Below, piece after piece: positions 40,261 to 50,389 of a stretch of 64,000 bases of DNA (its first letter is position 1; every line of letters starts with the position of its first letter). Below the pieces are notes generated by a model, which was not told where the DNA came from, made no database searches, and saw nothing but the letters and a program-made list of their open reading frames with translations. Origin of the DNA: Gemmatimonadales bacterium (GTDB lineage Bacteria; Gemmatimonadota; Gemmatimonadetes; Gemmatimonadales; GWC2-71-9); assembly GCA_037189525.1 (NCBI GenBank), contig JBBCJC010000002.1, forward strand, positions 320,001-384,000, in the 5' to 3' direction. Position numbers and translations under genes: made by a program.

Positions 40261-41214
40261 TCAGCTTTCCTCGGTAACGGCGTAGGGACGGGCGCCATCG
40301 GCCCCGACTTTGGCGATGAAGATGGATTGCAGCGACGCCTCGGCGACCTCGAACCGGGAAAGCCCCACCCCGGCCCGCACCAGCTCGGCGAGCAGCGCAT
40401 CGGGATCTCCACCCGGCGCCAGCTCGACTTCGGCGCTTGCCCCCCGATCTTCGACCCGGCCCACCAACCGCCGGTCGGCCAGCACCGGCGCTGCCCGATC
40501 GCCATCCCGGCTGAAGGTCAGGTTGACGTGCTTGCCGCCGAACTCACGCTTGATCTCGGCCAGACCGCCATCGACCACTTTCTTTCCGTGCGCGATGATG
40601 GCAATCCGGTCGCACATCTGTTCCGCGTGCTCCATGATGTGGGTCGAGAAGAGCACCGTCCGTCCCGTCCGCGCGACCTCCACGACCACCTCTCGCATCA
40701 CCCGGCTGTTGACGGGATCGAGGCCGCTGAACGGCTCGTCCAGAATCACCAGCTCGGGATCGTGGAGCAGGGTGCCGATGAACTGGACCTTCTGCTGCAT
40801 GCCCTTCGACAGATCTTCGACCTTTTTATTGGTCCAGTCCGACAGATCCAGCCGCCGGAGCCACTCGACCGCCTTGTCCCGTCCGGCGCGGCGCGACAGC
40901 CCCTTGGTTTCCGCCAGGAAGATCAGGTGATCGAGCACCTTCATCTTCTTGTAGAGTCCACGCTCCTCGGGCAGGAATCCGATCCGACCCGATTGATCCC
41001 GGGCGCCCGCCTTACTGCCGAACAGGTCGACTCGACCTTCGTCCGGAACGATGATGTTCATGATCATCCGGATGGTCGTACTCTTCCCCGCGCCATTCGG
41101 ACCCAGCAAACCGAAGATCCCGCCCCTCGGTATGCTGAGCGAAAGGTCCTGAACCGCCACATGACCGGAGAACCGTTTGGTCACTCCGTTGACGGAAATC
41201 ACCGTCTCGGCCAT
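40261..41214 (-). CDS. ABC ATP-binding protein (NatA-like)
   Basis: GPNGAGKS, LSKGMQQK, ILDEPFSGLDP. Confidence 0.93.
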   Translation of the reverse strand: MAETVISVNGVTKRFSGHVAVQDLSLSIPRGGIFGLLGPNGAGKSTTIRMIMNIIVPDEGRVDLFGSKAGARDQSGRIGFLPEERGLYKKMKVLDHLIFLAETKGLSRRAGRDKAVEWLRRLDLSDWTNKKVEDLSKGMQQKVQFIGTLLHDPELVILDEPFSGLDPVNSRVMREVVVEVARTGRTVLFSTHIMEHAEQMCDRIAIIAHGKKVVDGGLAEIKREFGGKHVNLTFSRDGDRAAPVLADRRLVGRVEDRGASAEVELAPGGDPDALLAELVRAGVGLSRFEVAEASLQSIFIAKVGADGARPYAVTEES

Positions 41215-41248
41215 CGACCCGTCCTTCCCTGATAGGGTTCCAACCACA

Positions 41249-41482
41249 CTACGCACTCGTCACATCGCCATGATCCCCCGGCGGTCCGTTGCCGTTGGGG
41301 TCGAAGATTGCCTCGATCGGATGCCCGAAGACCCGGGCGATCCCGAACGCGAGCGGCAGACTCGGGTCGTACTTCCCGGTCTCGATCGCGTTGACGGTCT
41401 GGCGCGAGACGCCGAGCCGTTCCGCCAGCTCCGCTTGCGACCAGCCCCGCTCGGCGCGCAATACCCGGAGTCGATTGATCAC
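41249..41482 (-). CDS. XRE-family HTH transcriptional regulator
   Basis: NRLRVLRAERGWSQAELAERLGVSRQTVNAIETGKYDPSLPLAF; GTG overlaps upstream stop. Confidence 0.92.
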   Translation of the reverse strand: MINRLRVLRAERGWSQAELAERLGVSRQTVNAIETGKYDPSLPLAFGIARVFGHPIEAIFDPNGNGPPGDHGDVTSA

Positions 41483-41877
41483 CGGTACTTGCGCCGCACG
41501 GCCAGGAATCCGAGATACCAGAACCCGAACATGCCAAGCCACACATAAGGAAAAGCGTCGGTCACCCGGAAATCGGGGAGGACCCCGAGCCGCGCCAGCA
41601 TGCCATAGGACATCACCGCAATCCCGGTGAGCGCGAACTGCACCATCAGCGCCTCGAGATGAATCATCCGCTCCAACTCGTCGATCTCCTTGAGCCAGCG
41701 GCTGATCCCCAAGTACCAGAACACGAGTGGGATGTTCGGGACGAGACCCGCGACCGCCCGCAACTCGCGCGGGATGAGCCCGGCCCGGCCGAGCATGGCC
41801 ACGGCCGTGATCAGCACCGCCGAAAGCACCGCGAAACCGATCGTTCGGACCGCGAAATCGGTGTTACGCCTGGTCAT
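41479..41877 (-). CDS. Small membrane protein
   Basis: About four hydrophobic segments, DELER motif, GAGGAG RBS, coupled to HTH gene. Confidence 0.8.
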   Translation of the reverse strand: MTRRNTDFAVRTIGFAVLSAVLITAVAMLGRAGLIPRELRAVAGLVPNIPLVFWYLGISRWLKEIDELERMIHLEALMVQFALTGIAVMSYGMLARLGVLPDFRVTDAFPYVWLGMFGFWYLGFLAVRRKYR

Positions 41878-41902
41878 GCCGAACCCGAGCCTCTCCTCGA
41901 GA

Positions 41903-41944
41903 CGTAAAGGATCATTTACGATGTGTCAATTTTACTTGACACAT
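41903..41944. promoter_or_regulatory. Tandem palindromic operators, probably bound by the XRE regulator
   Basis: CGTAAA-N6-TTTACG and ATGTGTCAA-N6-TTGACACAT. Confidence 0.65.
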
Positions 41945-42109
41945 CACATCGCGCAATACCCGCCGACAACCAACATTAGTAGTTGCTATTCATACTTCTA
42001 TAGAATCAGAAGGGATCGAAGGGGCGAGCGGGTCAGGGTACCGAAGGCGGGAGGAGATGGAGGGAACATCGGCCTGCCCTTCTCAGGACAGACCGATGCA
42101 AACGACACT

Positions 42110-42388
42110 TCAGAGATCGGAAAATCGGGCGATGTCGCCGGCTTCCCCTTCAGGAACGACCATGGTGCGCTGTTCGATTCGAACCCCGAACTTCCGCTGC
42201 CGCTCGAGCCAGGCCGCGAGCGACAGGTCGGACGTCGCCGGATCGTGAATACCGACGTCCCTCAGCACCACCCCGGAGGGACGGCGCTCGTGGTAGCGGC
42301 CCAGGTAGGTCTTTCCCGAGGCGCCACTCACCGTGACGGTGACCCCGTGGAGCTCCTCATGACCCGGATGGAAGACGTGCCCGCTCAT
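42110..42388 (-). CDS. Small hypothetical protein (92 aa), possible Sm-like beta-barrel
   Basis: ATG 2 nt after the upstream stop, host-like codons; LHGVTVTVSGASGKTYLG...VVLRDV. Confidence 0.7.
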   Translation of the reverse strand: MSGHVFHPGHEELHGVTVTVSGASGKTYLGRYHERRPSGVVLRDVGIHDPATSDLSLAAWLERQRKFGVRIEQRTMVVPEGEAGDIARFSDL

Positions 42389-42390
42389 GA

Positions 42391-42813
42391 CTACGAGGCG
42401 CAGTGCTGATCGAACGCCGCCTTGAGGTCGGCCGCGATCGCGTCCGGGCCTCGGCCTTCGATCTGATAGCGATGCATGAAGTAGACGACCTCGCCGTCCT
42501 TGAGCAGGGCCATCGATGGCGAACTCGGCTGATAGTCGGCAAAGTAGCTGCGCACCCGGGCCGTGGCGTCGACATCCTGGCCGGCAAAGACGGTCAGCGT
42601 CTCTCCGGGAAGCACGTCGTGCTGGAGCGCGCGCGCCAGACCTGGACGCGCGGCACCGGCAGCACAACCGCAGACGGAATTGACAAAGAGGAGCTGTGTC
42701 CCCTTCGGATCGCCCAGCGCCGCGTCGACATCCGCCACCGTGCGGAGTTCCTTGACGTTGAGTTGCGTCACTTCGGCGCGCATCGGCGCCACCAAACGTT
42801 CATCGTACGGCAT
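42391..42813 (-). CDS. BrxA/BrxB-family bacilliredoxin
   Basis: NSVCGCAAGAARP, TVFAGQD, PSSPSMALLKDG. Confidence 0.92.
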   Translation of the reverse strand: MPYDERLVAPMRAEVTQLNVKELRTVADVDAALGDPKGTQLLFVNSVCGCAAGAARPGLARALQHDVLPGETLTVFAGQDVDATARVRSYFADYQPSSPSMALLKDGEVVYFMHRYQIEGRGPDAIAADLKAAFDQHCAS

Positions 42814-42819
42814 ATTCGC

Positions 42820-43314
42820 TCAGATACCTTTCAGGTTCGTTGGATCCGTCTGTCCCTCGGCCGCGGCGGGCTCGATCGCCTTGAGCATGGTGTGCCAGGC
42901 CAGCGTCGCGCATTTGACCCGAATCGGAAACGCCGCCACCCCCGCAAAAGCGCCCAGGCTGCCGAGCGGTAGCCGTCCACCGCCCGCGTCGGCCGGCGTC
43001 GCGCTCTGGGCGGAGCCGCCGGTCACCAACCCGTGAAAGCGATCGAACAGCGCCCTGGCTTCCGTCAGCGTCTTGCCCTTGATGGACGTCGTCATCACCG
43101 ACGCCGACGCCTTCGAAATCGCGCACCCCTGGCCCAGGAACGACACGTCGGCCACCACACCATCCTTGACGTCGACCCAGACTTCGAAGCTATCGCCACA
43201 GAGCGGATTGCGTCCTTCGGCATGTCCCGACGACTCGGTCAGCGCCCGGAAATTCCTGGGCGACCGATTGTGATCGAGGATCACACTCTGATAGAGCTCG
43301 TCCAGTTCGCTCAT
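42820..43314 (-). CDS. sufU: SufU (NifU-like) protein
   Basis: LYQSVILDH, NPLCGD, GCAISKAS, RVKCATL. Confidence 0.93.
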   Translation of the reverse strand: MSELDELYQSVILDHNRSPRNFRALTESSGHAEGRNPLCGDSFEVWVDVKDGVVADVSFLGQGCAISKASASVMTTSIKGKTLTEARALFDRFHGLVTGGSAQSATPADAGGGRLPLGSLGAFAGVAAFPIRVKCATLAWHTMLKAIEPAAAEGQTDPTNLKGI

Positions 43315-44594
43315 TGCCCGAAGACCTTCCTGGCCCGTTCGACGCCGGCCACCAGGGCATCGACCTCATCGCGGGTGTTGTACGGCGCAAACGAGGCTCG
43401 CACCGTCGCCGGCACCCCGAGCCGCACCATCAACGGCTGGGCGCAGTGATGACCCGCGCGCACCGCGACACCGCCCGCGTCGAGCGCGGTGCCGACATCG
43501 TGCGGATGCACCCCGTCGACCGTGAACGTAACCAGACCGACCTTGGTTCGGCTGCGCCCGTGAATCACGACACCAGGAATGGCTTCCAGGCGTTCCGTCG
43601 CATACCGGACCAGGTCACGCTCGTGCCGTTCCGCGGCGCTCCGATCCCAGCCGGCCAAATAGTCGATCACCGCGCCCAGGCCAAAGACCTCCGCGATGGG
43701 CGGGGTACCCGCCTCGAAACGGGCCGGCGCGGGCAGGAAGGTCGACCGTTCGATCTCGACTTTGGCAATCATACCGCCGCCACCCATCCAGGGCGGCATC
43801 CGCTCGAACAATGCCCGTCGGCCCCACAGCACGCCGAGTCCGGTTGGTCCGAACAGCTTGTGAACGGACAGGACATAGAAGTCACAGCCCAACGCCTGGA
43901 GATCGACCGCCAGGTGCGGTGCCGCCTGAGCGCCGTCGACGACGCACACCGCCCCCATGGCATGCGCCAGCTTCGCAACCTGCGCGATCGGCACGACGGT
44001 GCCCAGTACGTTGGAGACGTGGCAGACCGCCACCACCTTGGTGCGATCGGTCAGGTGCCGCTCCAGCCAGGCCAGATCGAGGTCGCCTGCATCGGTAATC
44101 GGGATGCCCCGTACCCGCGCCCCCGTCTGCTCGGCAATCAGCTGCCACGGCACCAGATTGGAGTGGTGCTCCATCTCGGACACCAGGATTTCGTCGCCCG
44201 GCCTGAGCACCGAACGGCCATATGACTGGGCAATCAGATTGATCCCGGCCGTGGTGCCCGGCGTAAAGACCACCTCATCGGCGGCGCCGGCATTGAGGAA
44301 ACCGGCCGTCTGTTCGCGCACGGCCTCGTAGCGAGCCGTCGCTTCCTGGCTCGCGGTGTGAACGCCGCGCGAGACATTGGCCGTGACGTCCCGATAGTAT
44401 CGCACCATCTCGTCGATCACCGACTGCGGCGTCAGGCCGGTGGCGGCGTTGTCGAGATACGCCAACGGGGCGCCACGGATCTGCCGCGCGAGCATCGGGA
44501 AATCCGGTCGGATCGCTTCGGGATTCCAGGTGCCTACTGGCACGAACGCCCCCGTCGAGTCGGGGGCGCCGCTGGTCATCGTCTCACTGGCCAC
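43311..44594 (-). CDS. sufS: Cysteine desulfurase SufS
   Basis: YLDNAAT, EHHSN, SVHKLFGP, RAGHHCAQP; AGGAGG before GTG 44594. Confidence 0.95.
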   Translation of the reverse strand: MASETMTSGAPDSTGAFVPVGTWNPEAIRPDFPMLARQIRGAPLAYLDNAATGLTPQSVIDEMVRYYRDVTANVSRGVHTASQEATARYEAVREQTAGFLNAGAADEVVFTPGTTAGINLIAQSYGRSVLRPGDEILVSEMEHHSNLVPWQLIAEQTGARVRGIPITDAGDLDLAWLERHLTDRTKVVAVCHVSNVLGTVVPIAQVAKLAHAMGAVCVVDGAQAAPHLAVDLQALGCDFYVLSVHKLFGPTGLGVLWGRRALFERMPPWMGGGGMIAKVEIERSTFLPAPARFEAGTPPIAEVFGLGAVIDYLAGWDRSAAERHERDLVRYATERLEAIPGVVIHGRSRTKVGLVTFTVDGVHPHDVGTALDAGGVAVRAGHHCAQPLMVRLGVPATVRASFAPYNTRDEVDALVAGVERARKVFGQ

Positions 44595-44604
44595 CACTCC
44601 TCCT

Positions 44605-45906
44605 TCAGCGCACCGTGCCGAGCCTGGCGTGCACCAGGATATCGAGCGCGTCGCGCACCGGGGCGGACGAAATTTCTTCGAGCACTTCCGCCGCAAATGC
44701 GTAGGTCTGAATCCGCTTGGCCATCTCCGCCGGAACTCCTCGGCTCTGAAGATAAAATCCCGAGAGCGGATCGAGGTTGCCGACCGTGGCACCGTGAGTG
44801 CATTTCACGTCGTCGGCAAAGATCTCGAGCTGCGGCTTGGTGTCGATCTTGGCCGTATCCGACAGCAGCAGGGTCCGATTGGTCTGCTTGGCGTCGGTCT
44901 TCTGCGCAATCGGCTGCACGAAAATCTTGCCGTTGAAGACGCCGTGCGACCGATCGTCCAAGATCGCCTTGTAGACTTCCCAGCTGCGGCAGTCGGGCTG
45001 ATCGTGGAAGACCACCGTGTGGTTGTCGATCAGCTGATCGCCGTGCGCCAGCGAGAGGCCGTACAAGAGCGCCTCGGTGTTGGGCGCGTTGAGCCGGGTG
45101 TGCAGATTGTGCCGAGCAATCGCGCCGCCCATGGCGAGCGAGAACGAACGGTAGTGACTGTCGCGCCACTGATTGACCTGGGTGAAGCCGGTGTGGAACG
45201 CGGCTTCACTCTCCCGCTGAATCCGGCTGTGCTCGATCCAGGACCCTTCGGCCATCGAAATCTCGCAGACCGGGTTGGTCCAGTACCGGGCGCCCGGCGC
45301 CAGTGTCACATAGCTCTCAACCAGCTGCGCCCGCGCCTCGCGTTCGACCAGGACGAGTGCGCGCGGGTGGATGGCCACGCCATCGGCTTCGGCGGTGCTG
45401 ACGAAGACCAGGTGAATCGGGGTTTCGATCTCCGCGCGCGCCGCGATGCGCACCAGGGCTCCGTCGCGCGACAGGGCGGTATTGAGCGCCGTGAAAGGCG
45501 TCGCGTCGGGCGAGACGTGCTGGCCCAGATGACGCTCCAGGATTTCCGGCTCCGCAGCAAGCGCCACGGCCAGGGTCGTCGCGGTCAGTCCTTCCGTCGC
45601 CGGGCTGCTGGAGAGCTCGGGCGCGAACAGGCCGTTGACGAAGACGAGCCGGGTCCACTCCGGATGGCCGAAGAGAAACGGCTCCAGATCGGCGGCCGTG
45701 ACCGTCGCCGTGCCACCCGCGGCGGCAAACTCCACCCCCGCGATGGGCGCGACCGGGGTGAAGCGCCATTCTTCATCCTTGGCCGTCGGGAACCCGGCCT
45801 GCTGGAAGCCATCAATGGCCGAGCGGCGGAGCCGCTGGAGCCAGGGAGGCAAGCCGGCGGCATCGGCGCTCTGCGCTTCGTACTGCCGGAGGTACGTCTC
45901 GATCAC
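44605..45906 (-). CDS. sufD: Fe-S assembly protein SufD
   Basis: EEWRFT, AQKTDAKQ, KPQLEIFADDVKCTHGAT. Confidence 0.95.
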   Translation of the reverse strand: MIETYLRQYEAQSADAAGLPPWLQRLRRSAIDGFQQAGFPTAKDEEWRFTPVAPIAGVEFAAAGGTATVTAADLEPFLFGHPEWTRLVFVNGLFAPELSSSPATEGLTATTLAVALAAEPEILERHLGQHVSPDATPFTALNTALSRDGALVRIAARAEIETPIHLVFVSTAEADGVAIHPRALVLVEREARAQLVESYVTLAPGARYWTNPVCEISMAEGSWIEHSRIQRESEAAFHTGFTQVNQWRDSHYRSFSLAMGGAIARHNLHTRLNAPNTEALLYGLSLAHGDQLIDNHTVVFHDQPDCRSWEVYKAILDDRSHGVFNGKIFVQPIAQKTDAKQTNRTLLLSDTAKIDTKPQLEIFADDVKCTHGATVGNLDPLSGFYLQSRGVPAEMAKRIQTYAFAAEVLEEISSAPVRDALDILVHARLGTVR

Positions 45907-46670
45907 GCGCTGGCCTCCACCGCCCCGGTCAGCCATTCGTAGCCCTTGGCTTCGAGTTCGAGGGCCAGCTCCTTGCCGCCGGACCGGACGATCTGCCCAT
46001 CGGCCAGCACGTGCACGAAATCGGGCACGATATGGTTGAGGAGGCGCTGGTAGTGCGTCACCACGACATAGGCGTTGTCGGGGCGCCGGAGCGCATTGAC
46101 GCCGTTGGCCACGATGCGGAGCGCATCGATGTCCAGCCCGGAGTCGGTTTCGTCGAGCAGAGCCAGCTTGGGCTCGAGAATCGCCATCTGCAGGATCTCG
46201 TTCCGCTTCTTCTCACCGCCGGAGAAGCCCGCGTTGACCGCCCGCTGCACGATCTCCGGACCCCATTCGACCAGATCCAGCTTCGACTCGAGCAGGTCGA
46301 GGAAGTCGATCGGATCGAGCTCCTCCTGGCCGCGCGCCTTGCGGATTTCGTTGTAGGCGGCGCGGAGGAAGTAGGCGTTGGTCACGCCGGGAATTTCGAC
46401 GGGATACTGGAAGGCCAGGAAGATGCCGGCCTGCGCCCGCTCCTCCGGTTCGAGTTCCGCCAGATCCTCGCCCTGATAGATGATCTCGCCGCCCGTGATC
46501 TCGTAGGCGGGATGTCCGGCAATGACCTGCGCCAGGGTGCTCTTGCCCGAACCGTTCGGGCCCATGATCGCATGCACCTCACCCGCATTGACGGTCAGGA
46601 AGAGACCCTTGAGGATCTCCTTGTCGCCCGCGCGGGCGCGGAGGTCTTTGATTTCCAGTAACGGCGCCAC
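45903..46670 (-). CDS. sufC: Fe-S assembly ATPase SufC
   Basis: GPNGSGKS, FSGGEKKR, LDETDSGLDIDA. Confidence 0.96.
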   Translation of the reverse strand: MAPLLEIKDLRARAGDKEILKGLFLTVNAGEVHAIMGPNGSGKSTLAQVIAGHPAYEITGGEIIYQGEDLAELEPEERAQAGIFLAFQYPVEIPGVTNAYFLRAAYNEIRKARGQEELDPIDFLDLLESKLDLVEWGPEIVQRAVNAGFSGGEKKRNEILQMAILEPKLALLDETDSGLDIDALRIVANGVNALRRPDNAYVVVTHYQRLLNHIVPDFVHVLADGQIVRSGGKELALELEAKGYEWLTGAVEASA

Positions 46671-46689
46671 GTGTGCACTTACTCCGTAG

Positions 46690-48126
<1,437 letters not shown>

Positions 48127-48379
48127 TGCCCATCCTCGTTCATTGCGCCGCACCCAGGGACGCAACTCGCAATCCTAAGTGAAATAGTCGGAATTGTCAA
48201 ATGAGAATGGCTGAAATGTAACCCGTTGTGAAACGGGCACTTCGACATCGTGAAATGCGGATGATTCTCATTTTAAATTGCCGTACCCCACTCCACCTCG
48301 CTTAGGAGTATGCTGTAATACTCCGCTTGAAATCCCGGTTACCACTTGCCGCCATACCAGAACATACAAGATTAGGGGG

Positions 48380-48943
48380 ATGGCCGTCCATCGTATTCGA
48401 AGCCTCGGCGACCCCGTCCTCCGGACCAAATGCGAACCCGTCGCCAAGCCCAGCTCGGCCGCCGTGCGCATGGTCATCGACGACATGCGGGAAACCCTGC
48501 GAGACTGGCAGTCCCGATTTGCCACCGGACGGGCGATTGCCGCCCCCCAAATCGGCGCGCCGATCCGGATCATCTATGTCGAGATGGACCAGCCCTGGGC
48601 GCTGATCAACCCCGAGATCATCGACATCGGCACCGAGGACTTCACGGTGTGGGATGACTGTTTTTCGTTCCCGAATCTGATGGTCCGGGTCCAACGCGCT
48701 TACCGGATCCGGGTCCGCTACCAGGACCCCAAGGGGGCAACCCACGAGGTCGACCTCGAGGGCGATCGGGCCGAACTGCTGCAGCACGAGATCGACCACC
48801 TGGACGGTGTCCTCTCGATCGATCGCGCCCATGGCGCGGACGCCTTTTGTCTGCGGGAGGAGTGGACCCGCTGGTACACCTCCACCGACCGCTACGGCGA
48901 CCCGGAGCCCCGGCACATCCAGCTCGCCGCGCCGCTCCTCTAG
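48380..48943 (+). CDS. def: Peptide deformylase-family protein with variant motifs
   Basis: LGDPVLR, GRAIAAPQIG, DDCFS, QHEIDHLDG. Confidence 0.85.
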   Translation: MAVHRIRSLGDPVLRTKCEPVAKPSSAAVRMVIDDMRETLRDWQSRFATGRAIAAPQIGAPIRIIYVEMDQPWALINPEIIDIGTEDFTVWDDCFSFPNLMVRVQRAYRIRVRYQDPKGATHEVDLEGDRAELLQHEIDHLDGVLSIDRAHGADAFCLREEWTRWYTSTDRYGDPEPRHIQLAAPLL

Positions 48944-49032
48944 GCATTTAGTACTTCGAGACCTGCGCATCGGACCCGGTGGCGCGAGGTACTTATGTTT
49001 CCTCCTCAATTCCCAACCGCGCGGGAGGACCC

Positions 49033-49710
49033 ATGGGCACCATCGTGAGCTATCCGGCCAACGGACACACTACCTCCGGCTATCTGGCGCTTCCGGAGAG
49101 TGGGACCGGCCCGGGGATCCTCGTCATCCAGGAATGGTGGGGACTGGTCGATCACATCAAAGACCTGGCCGACCGCTTCGCGCGCGCCGGGTTCGTGGCC
49201 CTGGCTCCCGACTTCTACCACGGCGAAACGACCAAGAGTCCCGACGAGGCCGCCAAGCTTTTCATGGCCATCAACATCGACCGGGTCGGCGCCGACCTGA
49301 ACGGCTCGGCTGCGTACCTGCTGAGTCGCGCCGAGGTAACCTCGAAGCGGGTGGGCGCCGTGGGGTTTTGTATGGGAGGCCAGTTGGCCCTCTATGCCGG
49401 AATGCAGTATCCGGAGTCGATCGGCGCCGTGGTCGATTTCTACGGTATTCACCCTAAGGTGGCGATCGACCCGGCCCGGCTCACGATCCCGGTCCAGGGG
49501 CACTTCGGCCAACGGGACGGATCGATTCCCGCCGAAACGGTCGAGCGCCTGGCCGAGGGGGTTCGCCAGGCGGGCGGGACCTTCGAGGTCCACTGGTACG
49601 ACGCCGACCACGCCTTCGTCAACGATACCAGGCCGGCCGTGTATCATCAGGCCAACGCCGACCTGGCGTGGGACCGGACCTTGCAGTTCTTCCGACAACA
49701 CCTGGCCTGA
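49033..49710 (+). CDS. Dienelactone hydrolase family protein
   Basis: QEWWGL, GFCMGG, ADHAFVND. Confidence 0.93.
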   Translation: MGTIVSYPANGHTTSGYLALPESGTGPGILVIQEWWGLVDHIKDLADRFARAGFVALAPDFYHGETTKSPDEAAKLFMAINIDRVGADLNGSAAYLLSRAEVTSKRVGAVGFCMGGQLALYAGMQYPESIGAVVDFYGIHPKVAIDPARLTIPVQGHFGQRDGSIPAETVERLAEGVRQAGGTFEVHWYDADHAFVNDTRPAVYHQANADLAWDRTLQFFRQHLA

Positions 49711-49801
49711 GCCGACCGGGCTGGGGCCGGGGGCCCTTGCGCGGTTGTCGTCCACCTCATACTGTGTCCGCTCGACCAGTGCAGTTCATCTTGGAGGACT
49801 T

Positions 49802-50065
49802 GTGGCGTACGTAATCACGGAAGCATGCATCGGCGTCAAGGACAGGGCCTGCGTCGACGTGTGTCCGGTCGACTGCATCTACGAAGGCGCCGACCAACTC
49901 TACATCCATCCGGACGAGTGCATCGACTGCGGTGCCTGCGAGCCGGAATGCCCCGTCAGCGCGATCTACCCTGAAGAGGAAGTGCCTGAAAATCTGGCCT
50001 CCTACGTGGCCAAGAACCGGGATTCGTTCTCGAGTCCGACGCCGCCGGGGCGGCCGCAGCGCTAG
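49802..50065 (+). CDS. 7Fe-type ferredoxin
   Basis: GGAGG RBS, GTG start; YVITEAC...CVDVCPVDC...CIDCGACEPECP. Confidence 0.93.
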   Translation: MAYVITEACIGVKDRACVDVCPVDCIYEGADQLYIHPDECIDCGACEPECPVSAIYPEEEVPENLASYVAKNRDSFSSPTPPGRPQR

Positions 50066-50099
50066 TCGTCCGCTCGGTTTCAGGACCTGCGTCGCGTCG

Positions 50100-50123
50100 G
50101 GCGGCTTCTTCCAGGAAGCCGCC
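50100..50123 (+). terminator. Probable terminator hairpin of the ferredoxin gene
   Basis: GGCGGCTTC-N6-GAAGCCGCC followed by TTCGT. Confidence 0.6.
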
Positions 50124-50149
50124 TTCGTCGTATTCGGGGGTGCCACAAT

Positions 50150-50245
50150 GAGGTGAGCCCCAAGGGTGGAACCGCCACCCTTGGGGCCCGGGATTGGAGG
50201 AACTACGGGGCGGAGACTCGGGGAAAGTGAGTCAGGCCGCCTTAC
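50150..50245 (-). ncRNA. Candidate small RNA (~95 nt)
   Basis: ECF-like promoter upstream, C/U-rich tracts, 13-bp 3' hairpin at 50157-50187. Confidence 0.5.
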
Positions 50246-50249
50246 TTAC

Positions 50250-50279
50250 TTAGACGCCCGAGCCCCCCAGATGGTTTCA
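50250..50279 (-). promoter_or_regulatory. Candidate ECF sigma promoter
   Basis: TGAAAC-N17-CGTCTAA. Confidence 0.6.
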
Positions 50280-50389
50280 CAACCTATGAATTCCGGTCGC
50301 TTCCTGTACGAAAAAGTTGAAACTCCTCAGCTGACCGAAAATCATCCGGACGATTCGCGGAGCTGCCGGCGGCGCGGGCCAGGCAGCTG

